A stretch of 64,000 bases of DNA from Desulfomonilia bacterium. GTDB lineage: Bacteria; Desulfobacterota; Desulfomonilia; UBA1062. The translations under genes were made by a program, and so were the position numbers. The notes beneath the pieces were generated by a model. That model ran no database searches. It saw only the letters and a list, made by a program, of their open reading frames with translations, and had not been told where the DNA came from. The stretch's first letter is position 1. Each line of letters starts with the position of its first letter. Where the stretch lies: the NCBI GenBank assembly GCA_050014195.1, contig JBEKDT010000005.1, forward strand, positions 64,001 to 128,000. Reading direction: 5' to 3'. Positions 32,346 through 42,235 of the stretch are shown here, one piece after another.

Positions 32346-33032
32346 GTGGATAAAGGCGTTGGTCTTGTGGAACTGCTCGTTTCACTTGCCTGTTCATCCA
32401 TACTCATATTGGCGCTGTATCAGTTTTACCAAGTGTCGGCTGTTACCCATGAGGAGATGAGAGAGGCATGGTACTGCATGCAGTCCCTCCGCCAGGCCTC
32501 AATACAGCTGAACAGCGATATGGTGCAGTGCGCCTGCCTGCTGCCCCAGGACCTCAAGATTGCGGTCGCAGGCGGCCAGCTCTTCATTGCCGGAGTGCCC
32601 GTCACATCAGAGCATCCGGGCATCCAAATATCGCAAAAAAGCCCCCCCTCATACTATACACTCATCATTTCCTCAACAGCGACAAGTGCGGTATTCGAAA
32701 CCATAGACATTGACAATGACGGCCGCGCAGATTTCTGGGCAGACCTCGGCATGATCTCGGATAGCGGCCCTTGCGTAGCCTCACACAATTACAGCCGGGG
32801 CAGCACGAATGTTGCTTTTGCATGCCCCAAAAGGCCCATACCCGGAGACAGGGTGGTACCGGCTGTCCATTATGAACTGAAGGAAGACGGTCTCTATCGG
32901 AACGGCCAGCTCCTCGCCGAGTCGGTGGCTTTCTTTAATCCGAAAATTTCAGAGAATGTTCTCACTATTCAAATGAGGTCCGACTATCATGGAACCAAAA
33001 AAGAACTATCATTATCCTACCCCATCCAATGA
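32346..33032 (+). CDS. PilW-like minor pilin
   Basis: Class III signal KG|VGLVELLVSL with Glu+5, followed by an amphipathic helix. Confidence 0.7.
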   Translation: MDKGVGLVELLVSLACSSILILALYQFYQVSAVTHEEMREAWYCMQSLRQASIQLNSDMVQCACLLPQDLKIAVAGGQLFIAGVPVTSEHPGIQISQKSPPSYYTLIISSTATSAVFETIDIDNDGRADFWADLGMISDSGPCVASHNYSRGSTNVAFACPKRPIPGDRVVPAVHYELKEDGLYRNGQLLAESVAFFNPKISENVLTIQMRSDYHGTKKELSLSYPIQ

Positions 33033-35139
33033 GCACGGGTGGGTCCTTGCCTTCGTGCTCCTCCTCCTGGCAGTGGTCCTGGGGCTTACCATGGCATCCG
33101 CATCCATAATGTTCTACCATATGAAATCGAGCAACGCGTTCTATCACATAATAAAGGGACAGCTCTTCTCCCCCCAGGATGGAAACCCGCCGTCTTCCAC
33201 CCGCAGCCTTCTTGGAGCACCTGAAGGGTGGGATCATATCTGTTTTTTCACAGAGCTTCCCGAACAGGCCACCAGCACGATGCGGTCTTATTCCTGGCGT
33301 GTTGCGCAGCGGGAACAGTGCCCGGATATTCCGGAAAACATCATCCGGACCATCCAAAGACCGTACCTAGTGGTTATCATCGATGATTCACTAACCATGA
33401 ACGCCTCATCCGGCCAGGATTACCGGGATGATGCCCTCTACATAAAGCAACCTGCAGGCTCTACGGTTCATATTTCCGATACATGTGAGTTGGCAGACAC
33501 CCTCACATGTGCTGAAGGCATGTACTTTACAGGTAGCTGGGGCAACTCATATCAGAGAGCCCCTGCACAAGGCGGTTTCTCCGGCGCTATGTCTGTGTGG
33601 GCGAAAACCTTTTCTTATGCCAGATCCCTCATTTCATCTTTAGAACTGTGCGAAGTGGCCCTCATAAGTACTTCACGCGGCACAATCAGCCCATTCACCA
33701 TGGACTGGCAAGAGATCATGGCAGCCCTTGACAGTGTCCATCCCTCATCAGGTTCGGCCCCCTTGGCTGAGGCCCTGTATCAGGCAACCACACTATTCCC
33801 TTCGCAGTGCGTCACCGACAAGCACATCCTCCTGGTTACCGCAGGCGTGACGGTTAAAGACGGACATCTCCCCTCCTGGCTCAAGGACTATGATCATGAC
33901 GGCAACTCACAAGACATTGCCTTAGAGGGTGAGGGCTCCCACTGTCTCGACGATGTATCGGCCTATGCAAAGTCTTTGGGTATTCATGTTCATGTCATTG
34001 GCAGAGATACGGACTATCTGAAAAATGTTGCCGCCAAGGGTGGAGGCAGGTACATGCCCGGGCGGGAGGTTTTCGCACCCGAGCAGGTGCTGGTTACCCA
34101 GCCGATGGTGCTTCTCAATGATCGGGAATTGACGCCTTCGAACTCCCTCGCCCGATTCGATCCGCCCTGGCTCAAAACCGATCCGTCCCTGTATTACCGG
34201 CAAGGTATTGTGAGTCCTTTCAGTCTGGTATCCTGCCCGGATCTTGTCTTAAACGGCCTTGCCCATGACCTTGACGTGGGCGAAGATGCCCTGTTCTTTT
34301 CCACATCACGTGACCAGCTCATCAAGATCACCATGCCCACAGGCGAGCTGACCTGGCTCGTCACAGGCATCGGAGGGGCCGTGCTCCACCGAGGCGACCG
34401 GATCATAGCAGGGCCGAACAGGACAGGTTTCATCTCATGCATCGGACCATTGCCACAGGTACTCTGGCAGCTCCGGGGGACATGCATGGATGCATCCGAT
34501 TCCACGGTCTATATCGGTAACGGTTCCCTCATGAGTGCATACAACCTTGAAGACGGCATGGTGCTTGCTCAATTCGACATGAACCATCCCATACGTGTGG
34601 TGCGGTATGATCCGTGCACCGCAGAAGTATTCACGGGCACCTCCGACGGACTCGTCTCCATCATGAACCCGAGGCTCGAGCCTTTAGGAATCATAAACAC
34701 CGCCAGTTGTGAGCCCATCATGGAGATACGGCCTTTCACCTGGCGCAAGAGGCTTCATCTTATTACGGCAAGCAGGACAAGGCTTGAGGGCCACACCCCT
34801 GAGCACATTGAATGGTCCGTCTCCCTGGAAGATGGGTCTCCCACGGGTATGGCAATCATGGACAACAAGATATTCTTAAGCACATGGAGAGAAGATGCTT
34901 CTTGTGGAGGTATCGACACCGGCGTATCAAAATTACTCGATTTTGACGCGCTGACAGGGAAACAAACCGGCACAGAGACCATGTTCATCGGCAGGTCATT
35001 TGGTCCATCCCTTGATCCGGACAGGGGTGTCATGAAATTCATATCAGCAACCGGCACAGTCTTTGATAAGGATATCTCCAAGCTGCCGGGAATAATACCC
35101 TGCACCCTGGGGAGACGACTCATCACGCATATCGAGTGA
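32989..35139 (+). CDS. PilX-like pilin N-terminus fused to vWA and beta-propeller domains (PilY1-like adhesin)
   Basis: HG|WVLAFVLLLL lacking Glu+5; VVIIDDSLT, APLAEAL, ILLVTAG, LDDVSAY; propeller-like repeats. Confidence 0.6.
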   Translation: MEPKKNYHYPTPSNEHGWVLAFVLLLLAVVLGLTMASASIMFYHMKSSNAFYHIIKGQLFSPQDGNPPSSTRSLLGAPEGWDHICFFTELPEQATSTMRSYSWRVAQREQCPDIPENIIRTIQRPYLVVIIDDSLTMNASSGQDYRDDALYIKQPAGSTVHISDTCELADTLTCAEGMYFTGSWGNSYQRAPAQGGFSGAMSVWAKTFSYARSLISSLELCEVALISTSRGTISPFTMDWQEIMAALDSVHPSSGSAPLAEALYQATTLFPSQCVTDKHILLVTAGVTVKDGHLPSWLKDYDHDGNSQDIALEGEGSHCLDDVSAYAKSLGIHVHVIGRDTDYLKNVAAKGGGRYMPGREVFAPEQVLVTQPMVLLNDRELTPSNSLARFDPPWLKTDPSLYYRQGIVSPFSLVSCPDLVLNGLAHDLDVGEDALFFSTSRDQLIKITMPTGELTWLVTGIGGAVLHRGDRIIAGPNRTGFISCIGPLPQVLWQLRGTCMDASDSTVYIGNGSLMSAYNLEDGMVLAQFDMNHPIRVVRYDPCTAEVFTGTSDGLVSIMNPRLEPLGIINTASCEPIMEIRPFTWRKRLHLITASRTRLEGHTPEHIEWSVSLEDGSPTGMAIMDNKIFLSTWREDASCGGIDTGVSKLLDFDALTGKQTGTETMFIGRSFGPSLDPDRGVMKFISATGTVFDKDISKLPGIIPCTLGRRLITHIE

Positions 35140-35272
35140 AAGAAGCCTTGTCTTCAACAGCGATCTCATGCCTTTCTCTTGTTCGACAATGTCAATGCTC
35201 GAGCATCTTTTCTGGTTCTTCTCTATGAAGCATACTTTCATGGTTTGCATCCTTTTCCCAGCCCATCGTTCT

Positions 35273-35391
35273 CACCACGAAGAGCACGAAGAAAATCCAA
35301 GAAATGCAGAACGGACATTGTTGAATTCATTTCCCCGGTCAGAGATTTCAAGAGTATTCTTTCCTTCGTGTTCTTCGTGCTCTTCGTGGTG
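35273..35391. repeat. Intergenic element with a perfect 21-bp terminal inverted repeat built from 9-bp units
   Basis: caccacgaagagcacgaagaa (35273-35293) is the reverse complement of ttcttcgtgctcttcgtggtg (35371-35391). Confidence 0.85.
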
Positions 35392-35517
35392 GAATATCCC
35401 CTTTGTGTGCTCTTCAATGATCCGAGTATGCTTTACGGTGATGAACCTCTTTTCTTTGGAATCTCTCATTGCACTTTTTTGAGAAATCACCCCTTAAGTG
35501 CCCAATCAAATAAAAGT

Positions 35518-35545
35518 TCAAGAAGAATCTAAAGAATACCGATCA
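35518..35545 (+). promoter_or_regulatory. Putative sigma28-type promoter of the pilin gene
   Basis: TCAA-N16-ACCGATCA, about 40 nt before ATG 35584. Confidence 0.4.
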
Positions 35546-35583
35546 TGCCCTTACTAATATCTTTCCCACAGGGAGGTGCTTGA

Positions 35584-36162
35584 ATGGAACGGTTCAGAAA
35601 TCGGCAAAAAGGCGGCTTTACCCTCGTTGAGCTTGCCCTGGTGCTGGTGATCATCGGATTGTTGATTACCGGAATACTCAAAGGAGAGGCCCTCATACGA
35701 AATGCCAAGGTCAAGAACCTTGTCAATCAGAAGGAAACACTCACCGCGGCCTTCTATACCTATTACGACAGGTATAACTATTATCCGGGAGATGCACCTA
35801 ACCCGGCCGGCAACAATCTCCCCGTGCAAGGGCATAACGACAATGGAAATGCAAACGGCCAGATTGATGCAGCAGAGGAATGGATTCTCTTTCAAGATCT
35901 TACACTTTCCCAGATCATCAATGGGGGTTATACCGGAGCGGCAAACAGCGGCCCGACGAACGCCTTCGGGGGCACAGCAGTAATCCTATACACTACCAAC
36001 CCGGCGATCAATGCAAACTGCGTGATATTCAACCAGATTCCCCCTGATGTGGCCCAGGAAATCGACAGGAAGTATGATGACGGGGTTTGGAATACAGGAA
36101 GCATACGGGCCGACACGATATATACCAATGCTGCGAACAAGACACTCTACTGGGGCATGTAG
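35584..36162 (+). CDS. Type IV pilin / pseudopilin, probable major subunit
   Basis: KGG|FTLVELALVLVIIGLL; strong SD GGAGGT; followed by a hairpin. Confidence 0.88.
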   Translation: MERFRNRQKGGFTLVELALVLVIIGLLITGILKGEALIRNAKVKNLVNQKETLTAAFYTYYDRYNYYPGDAPNPAGNNLPVQGHNDNGNANGQIDAAEEWILFQDLTLSQIINGGYTGAANSGPTNAFGGTAVILYTTNPAINANCVIFNQIPPDVAQEIDRKYDDGVWNTGSIRADTIYTNAANKTLYWGM

Positions 36163-36206
36163 CGCCAGTACAGGATATCGGTTGTCTTAGTTTGACATGC
36201 CTGGAG

Positions 36207-36233
36207 TAAAGGGCCTGGCGGGTCAGGCCTTTA
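36207..36233 (+). terminator. Hairpin after the pilin gene, probable terminator or mRNA stabiliser
   Basis: taaagggcctg-gcgggt-caggccttta inverted repeat. Confidence 0.5.
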
Positions 36234-36392
36234 TACAGACGATAAGGGGTGGGGTTGGGTGAAATGTATATCTCGGGTCAGAGGTGGTGGACGAAAAATC
36301 CCCTAAAGTCATCTCCGGCACGAGAACCTTGTGGGTAAAGATCATTGAGTGATCCTTCAACCTGAACGGCGTAAGGAACTGGAACGAACCCC

Positions 36393-38027
36393 ATGGAAAA
36401 AAAGCGCATTGGCGATCTTCTCAAAGATGAGGGGATAATCAGTGATAGGGAGATCGGTCTTGCCCTTCTGGAGCAGCGTGCCACAAGGGAACGGGTCGGT
36501 GACATACTCATCCGTTTAGCCCTTGTCACCCAAACCGAGCTTGCCCAGGCCGTTGCAAAACAGTTCGGCATCGAATTCCTTGAGTTACGCCACTTCTCAC
36601 CGCAAAAAGAAGCCCTCTCTGCTTTGCCGATACAATTCGCACGCGACAACTCGTTACTCCCGATAGGTGTCGAGGACACCACATTGATTGTTGCTACCAG
36701 CGAGCCGGATAACTCGAAGCTCATGGACCTTGCTTCTCGCGTCTCAAAGAAACGCGTCCGTTGCGTGGCGGCATCTCCCTCGCAGATACAGAAGCACATC
36801 GAAAAAGATTACTACCTCCTGGAACACCCCATCGATGAAGAGATCGAGCAGCAGCTCGAACACGCCAAATATAATCCGCATGATGTGGATACGGAAAAGC
36901 TGGTGAGATTGCTGATCATGTCCGCCATCAACTCACGTGCTACCGACATCCACATCACCCCGACCAACAAAACAACCCAGATACACTACCGCATCGACGG
37001 CATACTCTACCCGTTTTACTCCTTTCCCATCGAGGTGCATTCCAGGGTTATCTCGAGCATCAAGGTCAAGGCCGAGATGGACATTTCGGAGCAGCGCAAG
37101 CCCCAGGATGGCAGGTTATCATTTGATTTCTTGAATGAGAGCTATGACATCCGTGTCTCTACTTTAAAGGTCACCTATGGGGAGAACATGGTCATGCGCA
37201 TCCTGGCTTCCTCAGAGGAGTTGTATAACATCCGGAGCCTTGGCCTGGATCCTGACGATATTACCCAGCTCAGGGACCTGCTCCACAAGCCTTACGGCAT
37301 GGTCCTCGTCTCGGGACCCACAGGGTCAGGTAAAACCACAACCTTGTATGCGGCCTTGCGGGAGATCAGCTCCATAGAAAAGAATATCGTGACTGTTGAA
37401 GACCCCATTGAGTACCAGTTTCCGCTGATCCGCCAGACGCAGGTCAATGAAAAGGCCGGATATATATTTTCAAGTGCTGTAAGGGCATTCCTCAGGCAGG
37501 ACCCGGATGTCATCCTCATCGGGGAGATACGTGACGGCGATACGGCGACCATGGCGCTACGCGCAGCTCAGACAGGACACCTTGTCCTTTCCACGGTGCA
37601 TGCCAACGATGCTTCAGGCGCCATTCCCAGGCTTAAGGACCTTGGCATGAAGGACTACATGATTTCATCTTCACTGATATGCGTCATAGCCCAGAGGCTC
37701 GTCCGGGCACTCTGCCCGCACTGCAAGCAGGCATATGATTCAGGGGAGGATGAGCACCGCGTATTCGGGATCCAGAAAGGGACGACCCTGTATGCCCCGG
37801 TCGGATGCCCCAGGTGCATCAAGACCGGCTACCTGGGCCGGATCATGGTGGCGGAAATCCTCGTCATATCCAAAGAAATCGAGCGCCTCATCTCTCTTGG
37901 GTCACACCCCTTCGAGATCAAGGAAAAGGCCGTCCAGGAAGGTCTGGTTACCTTAAGCGGCGACGGTATCCGCAAGATCTTAAGCGGCAGGACGAGTTTC
38001 GCCGAGGTCTGGAGGGTGCTTAGGTAA
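36393..38027 (+). CDS. GspE/PilB/MshE assembly ATPase with N-terminal MshEN domain
   Basis: RIGDLLKDEGII...LLEQ, GPTGSGKTTT, TVEDPIE, LRQDPDVILIGEIRD, CPHC/CPRC. Confidence 0.95.
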   Translation: MEKKRIGDLLKDEGIISDREIGLALLEQRATRERVGDILIRLALVTQTELAQAVAKQFGIEFLELRHFSPQKEALSALPIQFARDNSLLPIGVEDTTLIVATSEPDNSKLMDLASRVSKKRVRCVAASPSQIQKHIEKDYYLLEHPIDEEIEQQLEHAKYNPHDVDTEKLVRLLIMSAINSRATDIHITPTNKTTQIHYRIDGILYPFYSFPIEVHSRVISSIKVKAEMDISEQRKPQDGRLSFDFLNESYDIRVSTLKVTYGENMVMRILASSEELYNIRSLGLDPDDITQLRDLLHKPYGMVLVSGPTGSGKTTTLYAALREISSIEKNIVTVEDPIEYQFPLIRQTQVNEKAGYIFSSAVRAFLRQDPDVILIGEIRDGDTATMALRAAQTGHLVLSTVHANDASGAIPRLKDLGMKDYMISSSLICVIAQRLVRALCPHCKQAYDSGEDEHRVFGIQKGTTLYAPVGCPRCIKTGYLGRIMVAEILVISKEIERLISLGSHPFEIKEKAVQEGLVTLSGDGIRKILSGRTSFAEVWRVLR

Positions 38028-39241
38028 TGATCTATTCATACAATGCCCTCAAGAAGGATGGATCGATACTCTCATCCAAGGGCAACTTTGAGAGCATCAG
38101 GGAGCTGATGGATGCCCTTTCTTCTCAGGAATTGATACTCGTCAGCTACCGCGAGCAGAAGTACCAGATATTCGAGACCATCAAGACCCTCACCCAACCC
38201 AGTTTAAAGAGGATGGAGATAGCGGAGTTCTGCGAATCGCTGGCATCCATGATCGGCAGCGGCCTGCCGCTCTTGGACTCCATGGAAAGCATCAAGGACA
38301 CGATCAGGGTGAAACGCTTGAGAGAGGCGATCGAGGTGGTGGTCAAAGAGATTGCCCAGGGAGAATCATTATCAGGGGCCTTTTCCCACCAGCCTGCCGT
38401 ATTCCCCGAGATGCTCATGTTCTTCTGCAATATCGGGGAAGAGACCGGTACCATTCAAACTGCCCTGAGTAACACGGCGGATTATTTAAAAAGAGTGGAT
38501 AGCATCGTATCCCAGGTCAAGAGGGCCCTTATTTATCCATGCTTCGTGGTATGTGCCATGCTGGGCGTCATCATTTTCTGGCTCTTTTTCGTTCTCCCCC
38601 GCCTGGTCGCAACATTCAAGGAGATCAATGTCCAGCTGCCCAATATCACGGTAAGCCTTGTCAACTTCGTCAAATTCTCAGAGCAGAACTGGTTCATATA
38701 CCCCCTTGCGACTGTGGGCCTCATTGCCCTGTTTGTCATTCTCGGAAGGATTCCAAAGATGCGTTTTCTGCTGAGCCGCGCTGCATTCCGTCTGCCCGTG
38801 ATCGGCGATCTGCTGAAATGCTCCACCCTTACCCTGGTATTCTCGAACATGTCACTCATGCTTCGCTCCGGGGTAACCCTCACAAAATCGCTCGATATAC
38901 TTGAGAAGATCTTTCATAATGATCTTGTCCGCTCGGTCATCGTGCGCATACGGGAAGAGACGAACATGGGGAATTCGCTGCTGGAGGCCTTCAAGAGGAC
39001 CGACTTCTTTGATGCCATCACATTAAAGATGATCAGCGTCGGAGAGAAGACCGGAACCTTGGATCAGAGACTAAGCTACCTGGCTGATACCTACGAACTC
39101 AAGACATCACGGTTTGTTGAGGTGATGGGTAAGATGATTGAGCCCATAGCCATAGTCATGACCGGAGGCATCTTCGTCTTTATTGTCATTTCACTGATCG
39201 GACCGGTGTACGATCTCATGTCAAAGCTCGGAGGAGGCTAG
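38027..39241 (+). CDS. GspF/PilC/MshG platform protein
   Basis: SGLPLL, IGEETG, ALIYP, VGEKTGTL, IEP. Confidence 0.92.
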   Translation: MIYSYNALKKDGSILSSKGNFESIRELMDALSSQELILVSYREQKYQIFETIKTLTQPSLKRMEIAEFCESLASMIGSGLPLLDSMESIKDTIRVKRLREAIEVVVKEIAQGESLSGAFSHQPAVFPEMLMFFCNIGEETGTIQTALSNTADYLKRVDSIVSQVKRALIYPCFVVCAMLGVIIFWLFFVLPRLVATFKEINVQLPNITVSLVNFVKFSEQNWFIYPLATVGLIALFVILGRIPKMRFLLSRAAFRLPVIGDLLKCSTLTLVFSNMSLMLRSGVTLTKSLDILEKIFHNDLVRSVIVRIREETNMGNSLLEAFKRTDFFDAITLKMISVGEKTGTLDQRLSYLADTYELKTSRFVEVMGKMIEPIAIVMTGGIFVFIVISLIGPVYDLMSKLGGG

Positions 39242-39242
39242 A

Positions 39243-39890
39243 GTGATGAACCAAGACCTTGCCTCTAAAAGGCACATCATGTTTCCTGCCCAGTCATCGT
39301 CCCACAAAGGATTTACCCTCATCGAATTGGCCTTCGTGCTTGTTATTGTCGGCCTGCTCCTCGGGCTTGGTGCGCAGCTCATACCCATGCTGGTCACGCA
39401 AAATAAACTCTCCGATGACAGAACGCGGGTCAAGGAGGCAAAGACCGCGCTCATCGGGTATGCCCTGGCCACCGGAAGGCTGCCGTTTGCAAGTTTAAGC
39501 ACCAATGGATTAGAGACTCCAAACAAATATAATGGGTATCTCCCCTGGTCCACGATCGGAATTACCGGCGTGGATGCGTATCAAACCACGCTCTTCTATG
39601 CCGTTGACTTCAATCTTACTACAGCAGGATCCGTAACCCAGACCGTGATAGGCAAGCTCATATCAGACACCCCACCCCTCCCACCATCTCAAAAACTCTA
39701 CAGTGACCTTGGAGCCGTGAGGGTAGCCTTTGTGGTCATCTCTGCCGGTCAAAATCGGATTTTAGATAATCCTCCCAATAATATTAATGGCAATACATTT
39801 GCTGCTCCCTCTGCCCCGGTCACATCGAACTATGATGATATCCTCGAGTCTGAGAGTTTGTCCCTTCTCAACGGAATAGCCCCTCCCTGA
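39243..39890 (+). CDS. Prepilin-type protein (minor pilin/pseudopilin)
   Basis: KG|FTLIELAFVLVIVGLL, ALIGYA, GRLP, GYLPW; start may be ATG 39279. Confidence 0.85.
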   Translation: MMNQDLASKRHIMFPAQSSSHKGFTLIELAFVLVIVGLLLGLGAQLIPMLVTQNKLSDDRTRVKEAKTALIGYALATGRLPFASLSTNGLETPNKYNGYLPWSTIGITGVDAYQTTLFYAVDFNLTTAGSVTQTVIGKLISDTPPLPPSQKLYSDLGAVRVAFVVISAGQNRILDNPPNNINGNTFAAPSAPVTSNYDDILESESLSLLNGIAPP

Positions 39891-39900
39891 TGAAATAACC

Positions 39901-39928
39901 TAAAGAAACCTAATCGTAATTCCGAGAA
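39901..39928 (+). promoter_or_regulatory. Candidate sigma28-type promoter of the pilus alignment/secretin genes
   Basis: TAAA-N16-TCCGAGAA in the short intergenic gap. Confidence 0.35.
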
Positions 39929-39969
39929 CATAGGTAGCAGGTGAGGTGTACCCCTCTGCATTGGAGAAC

Positions 39970-41406
39970 ATGAAGGATATATTGACAAAAATTGTCTCCA
40001 TGAAAATGGGCCCGGCGAAAGGCATTGCCGTTATCCTGGGTGAAGATGAACATGTGCTTGCTTCATATAGTGGTGCAGGGCGTGACATAACTCTCAAGGA
40101 TATGAAAACCGTTGAGTCCTCTTCACTGAGAGAGATCTCCCGTAAGGCTCCCATGCTATCGCTCTGTTTCTCACCCAGGGGTATTTATTCGGATGTGGGT
40201 GAATTTTCCTGCATCAGTAAAGAGGCCACAACGGCTCACATCCGCGCAACCGTGGACAAGATCGGTCTCTTCAGAGATGACTACTGCATCACATTTACCA
40301 AGATACAGGATATCGACAACCTCAAGAGTAAATATTCCTACCTGGCCATTCCTCTACATGAGATGAACAAGACCGAGCTTCTCGATGAGAAGGAGGCCCT
40401 TGTCTACATTTTCTGCCCCATCGAGGCATCCATTGCAACAGCGGTGGGAACCGTAGACCCGAACATGGTGATCATTGTTTATGAAGATACCCGGTTCGTC
40501 CGCATTATCGGCGCAAAGGCCGGGGTCATTTATTATCTCATAACCATTCATTCTGCCGAATCCTTCGATGCGCTGGCCGACACTGTTGCAGGTGTTCGGG
40601 AGATGACTTCCATGTTGCTAAGTTCATATCAGGAAAAACCCCAGAAGGTCTATGCCATCGGACAAGGAGAGATCAGTATATCCGATCTCGAAAAGCATGA
40701 TGTCCACGCAGAGCCGTTTAGTTTGAACGAATACGGGAAAACCGATCCTCAAACAGTAGTGCTCTTGGGGACTGCCCTGAATCCCTGTTATGACTTCACC
40801 CCTGAAAGGCTGCACCGGACCAGAAGGATTGTGGGGTATGCAAAGATATCTTTTGCCGTATCAATGGTCATGATCATGGTCTCGGCTTTGTACTTCGCCT
40901 TGGGGTGGAGTAATGCCATCAATGCACGAAGCTACGAGAAGAAGACCCATGCGGCAACCTATAAAAGCTCTCAAGAGCTCAAGGTGCTGGAAGATGATTA
41001 TGCATCTCTCAGCAAGAACCTGAACCTGACCAATATAAACAATATTATCGAGACATATAAGGATTTCCAGGCAGAGCCCAAGTTACAATCAATCATGGAA
41101 ACAATCTCCCAAAGGGTCCCAAAGAACGTCTTTATTACCAAGATCGAGGTCACCAGGGCAACCACACAAGAGGGCATGCCCCAGGCACGGGTTGCACCGG
41201 CCGCTGCAAATGCCCAGCGCACCTCTCATGCAAAATCATTCGATCTTGTAATACAAGGCATCATCAACTTGTCATTTCCACAGTCCAAAGAGGTCTTCTC
41301 CTCCTTTATCATGGCCGTGCAGGAGGTCTATAAAGTCTCTAAGGCCGAATATGTCCATAAGGAAAATGGTGCTGAATTCAGTTTGAATTGCGAGATGAAG
41401 CTATGA
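39970..41406 (+). CDS. PilM/PilN-like (MshI/GspL-like) alignment protein
   Basis: Cytoplasmic domain, single TM helix, coiled coil, VPKNVFITKIEV PilN-like motif; position in the cluster. Confidence 0.55.
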   Translation: MKDILTKIVSMKMGPAKGIAVILGEDEHVLASYSGAGRDITLKDMKTVESSSLREISRKAPMLSLCFSPRGIYSDVGEFSCISKEATTAHIRATVDKIGLFRDDYCITFTKIQDIDNLKSKYSYLAIPLHEMNKTELLDEKEALVYIFCPIEASIATAVGTVDPNMVIIVYEDTRFVRIIGAKAGVIYYLITIHSAESFDALADTVAGVREMTSMLLSSYQEKPQKVYAIGQGEISISDLEKHDVHAEPFSLNEYGKTDPQTVVLLGTALNPCYDFTPERLHRTRRIVGYAKISFAVSMVMIMVSALYFALGWSNAINARSYEKKTHAATYKSSQELKVLEDDYASLSKNLNLTNINNIIETYKDFQAEPKLQSIMETISQRVPKNVFITKIEVTRATTQEGMPQARVAPAAANAQRTSHAKSFDLVIQGIINLSFPQSKEVFSSFIMAVQEVYKVSKAEYVHKENGAEFSLNCEMKL

Positions 41407-41801
41407 GGTACTACAGGGTAGCCATGACAATCGGTATCATCAGCGCCCTGCTGTTCACATCTTCCTTTGCCTATTATATTCACACCGCAAGGAAGGTAAC
41501 ATATAACCGCACAAAGCTGGGAGCTATTCTGTCGGCGAACTCTCATCGCAAAGACTATGTCAGGAAGATCGAGTCCATCAAGTCATACAGCTCCAAACTG
41601 ATCGCCCTATCACATGAGCGAAATACAAATGTCGACTATGAGATCATATTAAAAGACTATGATGTAAAAAATTTGTTTTCCGAGGTTGCATCGACATATA
41701 AAAACGACATGTTCTTTCTTGACAAGGCAACTGTCGAGAGCACCTCTGCAGGGATCACGGTCACCATGAAGGGGTTTAAACTCGGGAGCGGGAATGAATG
41801 A
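41403..41801 (+). CDS. Bitopic membrane protein, PilO/MshJ position
   Basis: N-terminal TM helix; ATGA overlap with the upstream gene; cluster context. Confidence 0.45.
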   Translation: MRYYRVAMTIGIISALLFTSSFAYYIHTARKVTYNRTKLGAILSANSHRKDYVRKIESIKSYSSKLIALSHERNTNVDYEIILKDYDVKNLFSEVASTYKNDMFFLDKATVESTSAGITVTMKGFKLGSGNE

Positions 41802-42235
41802 AGATCGATAAGACATTAGTAATGATCTTCATTCCCCCTCTTGCGGCGATTATCCTTTGTGTCATCTCTCCTTACCTTATTCGCGAACATAAAAACTACA
41901 CCCCCGAGCAGCCTGAATTTCTCACCTATGTAGATAAACTGGGTGTGTTCACCCTCAAGGTTGATCCCGACACCTCACCAACAGATATCAGGGATGTGTT
42001 TCGCCGCGAGTGGATCCTGCCTATGGCAAATCCGGGGGCACAACTTACAGCCGACCCGGTAAATTTAACGATGATCGTTGAGGCAGGAGCGGATAGCTAC
42101 TGCATCATGAATGGACGGGAAATGCACCTTGGAGACAAGACAGATAACTTTCGCATAACATCCATAGGATCAAACCAAGTTTGTATTACTTATCACAACG
42201 GTACCAGGGAGATCCACCATGTCAAAGTATATTAA
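41798..42235 (+). CDS. MshK/PilP-like protein
   Basis: TM helix, RDVF, LTMIV...CIMNG...GD...ITSIG C-terminal beta domain; precedes the secretin. Confidence 0.5.
   Translation: MKIDKTLVMIFIPPLAAIILCVISPYLIREHKNYTPEQPEFLTYVDKLGVFTLKVDPDTSPTDIRDVFRREWILPMANPGAQLTADPVNLTMIVEAGADSYCIMNGREMHLGDKTDNFRITSIGSNQVCITYHNGTREIHHVKVY

Noticed and set aside
35272-35490. ORF with HHEEHEEHE suggesting a metal-binding peptide
   Set aside because: It is the translation of the 9-bp repeat units of the inverted-repeat element
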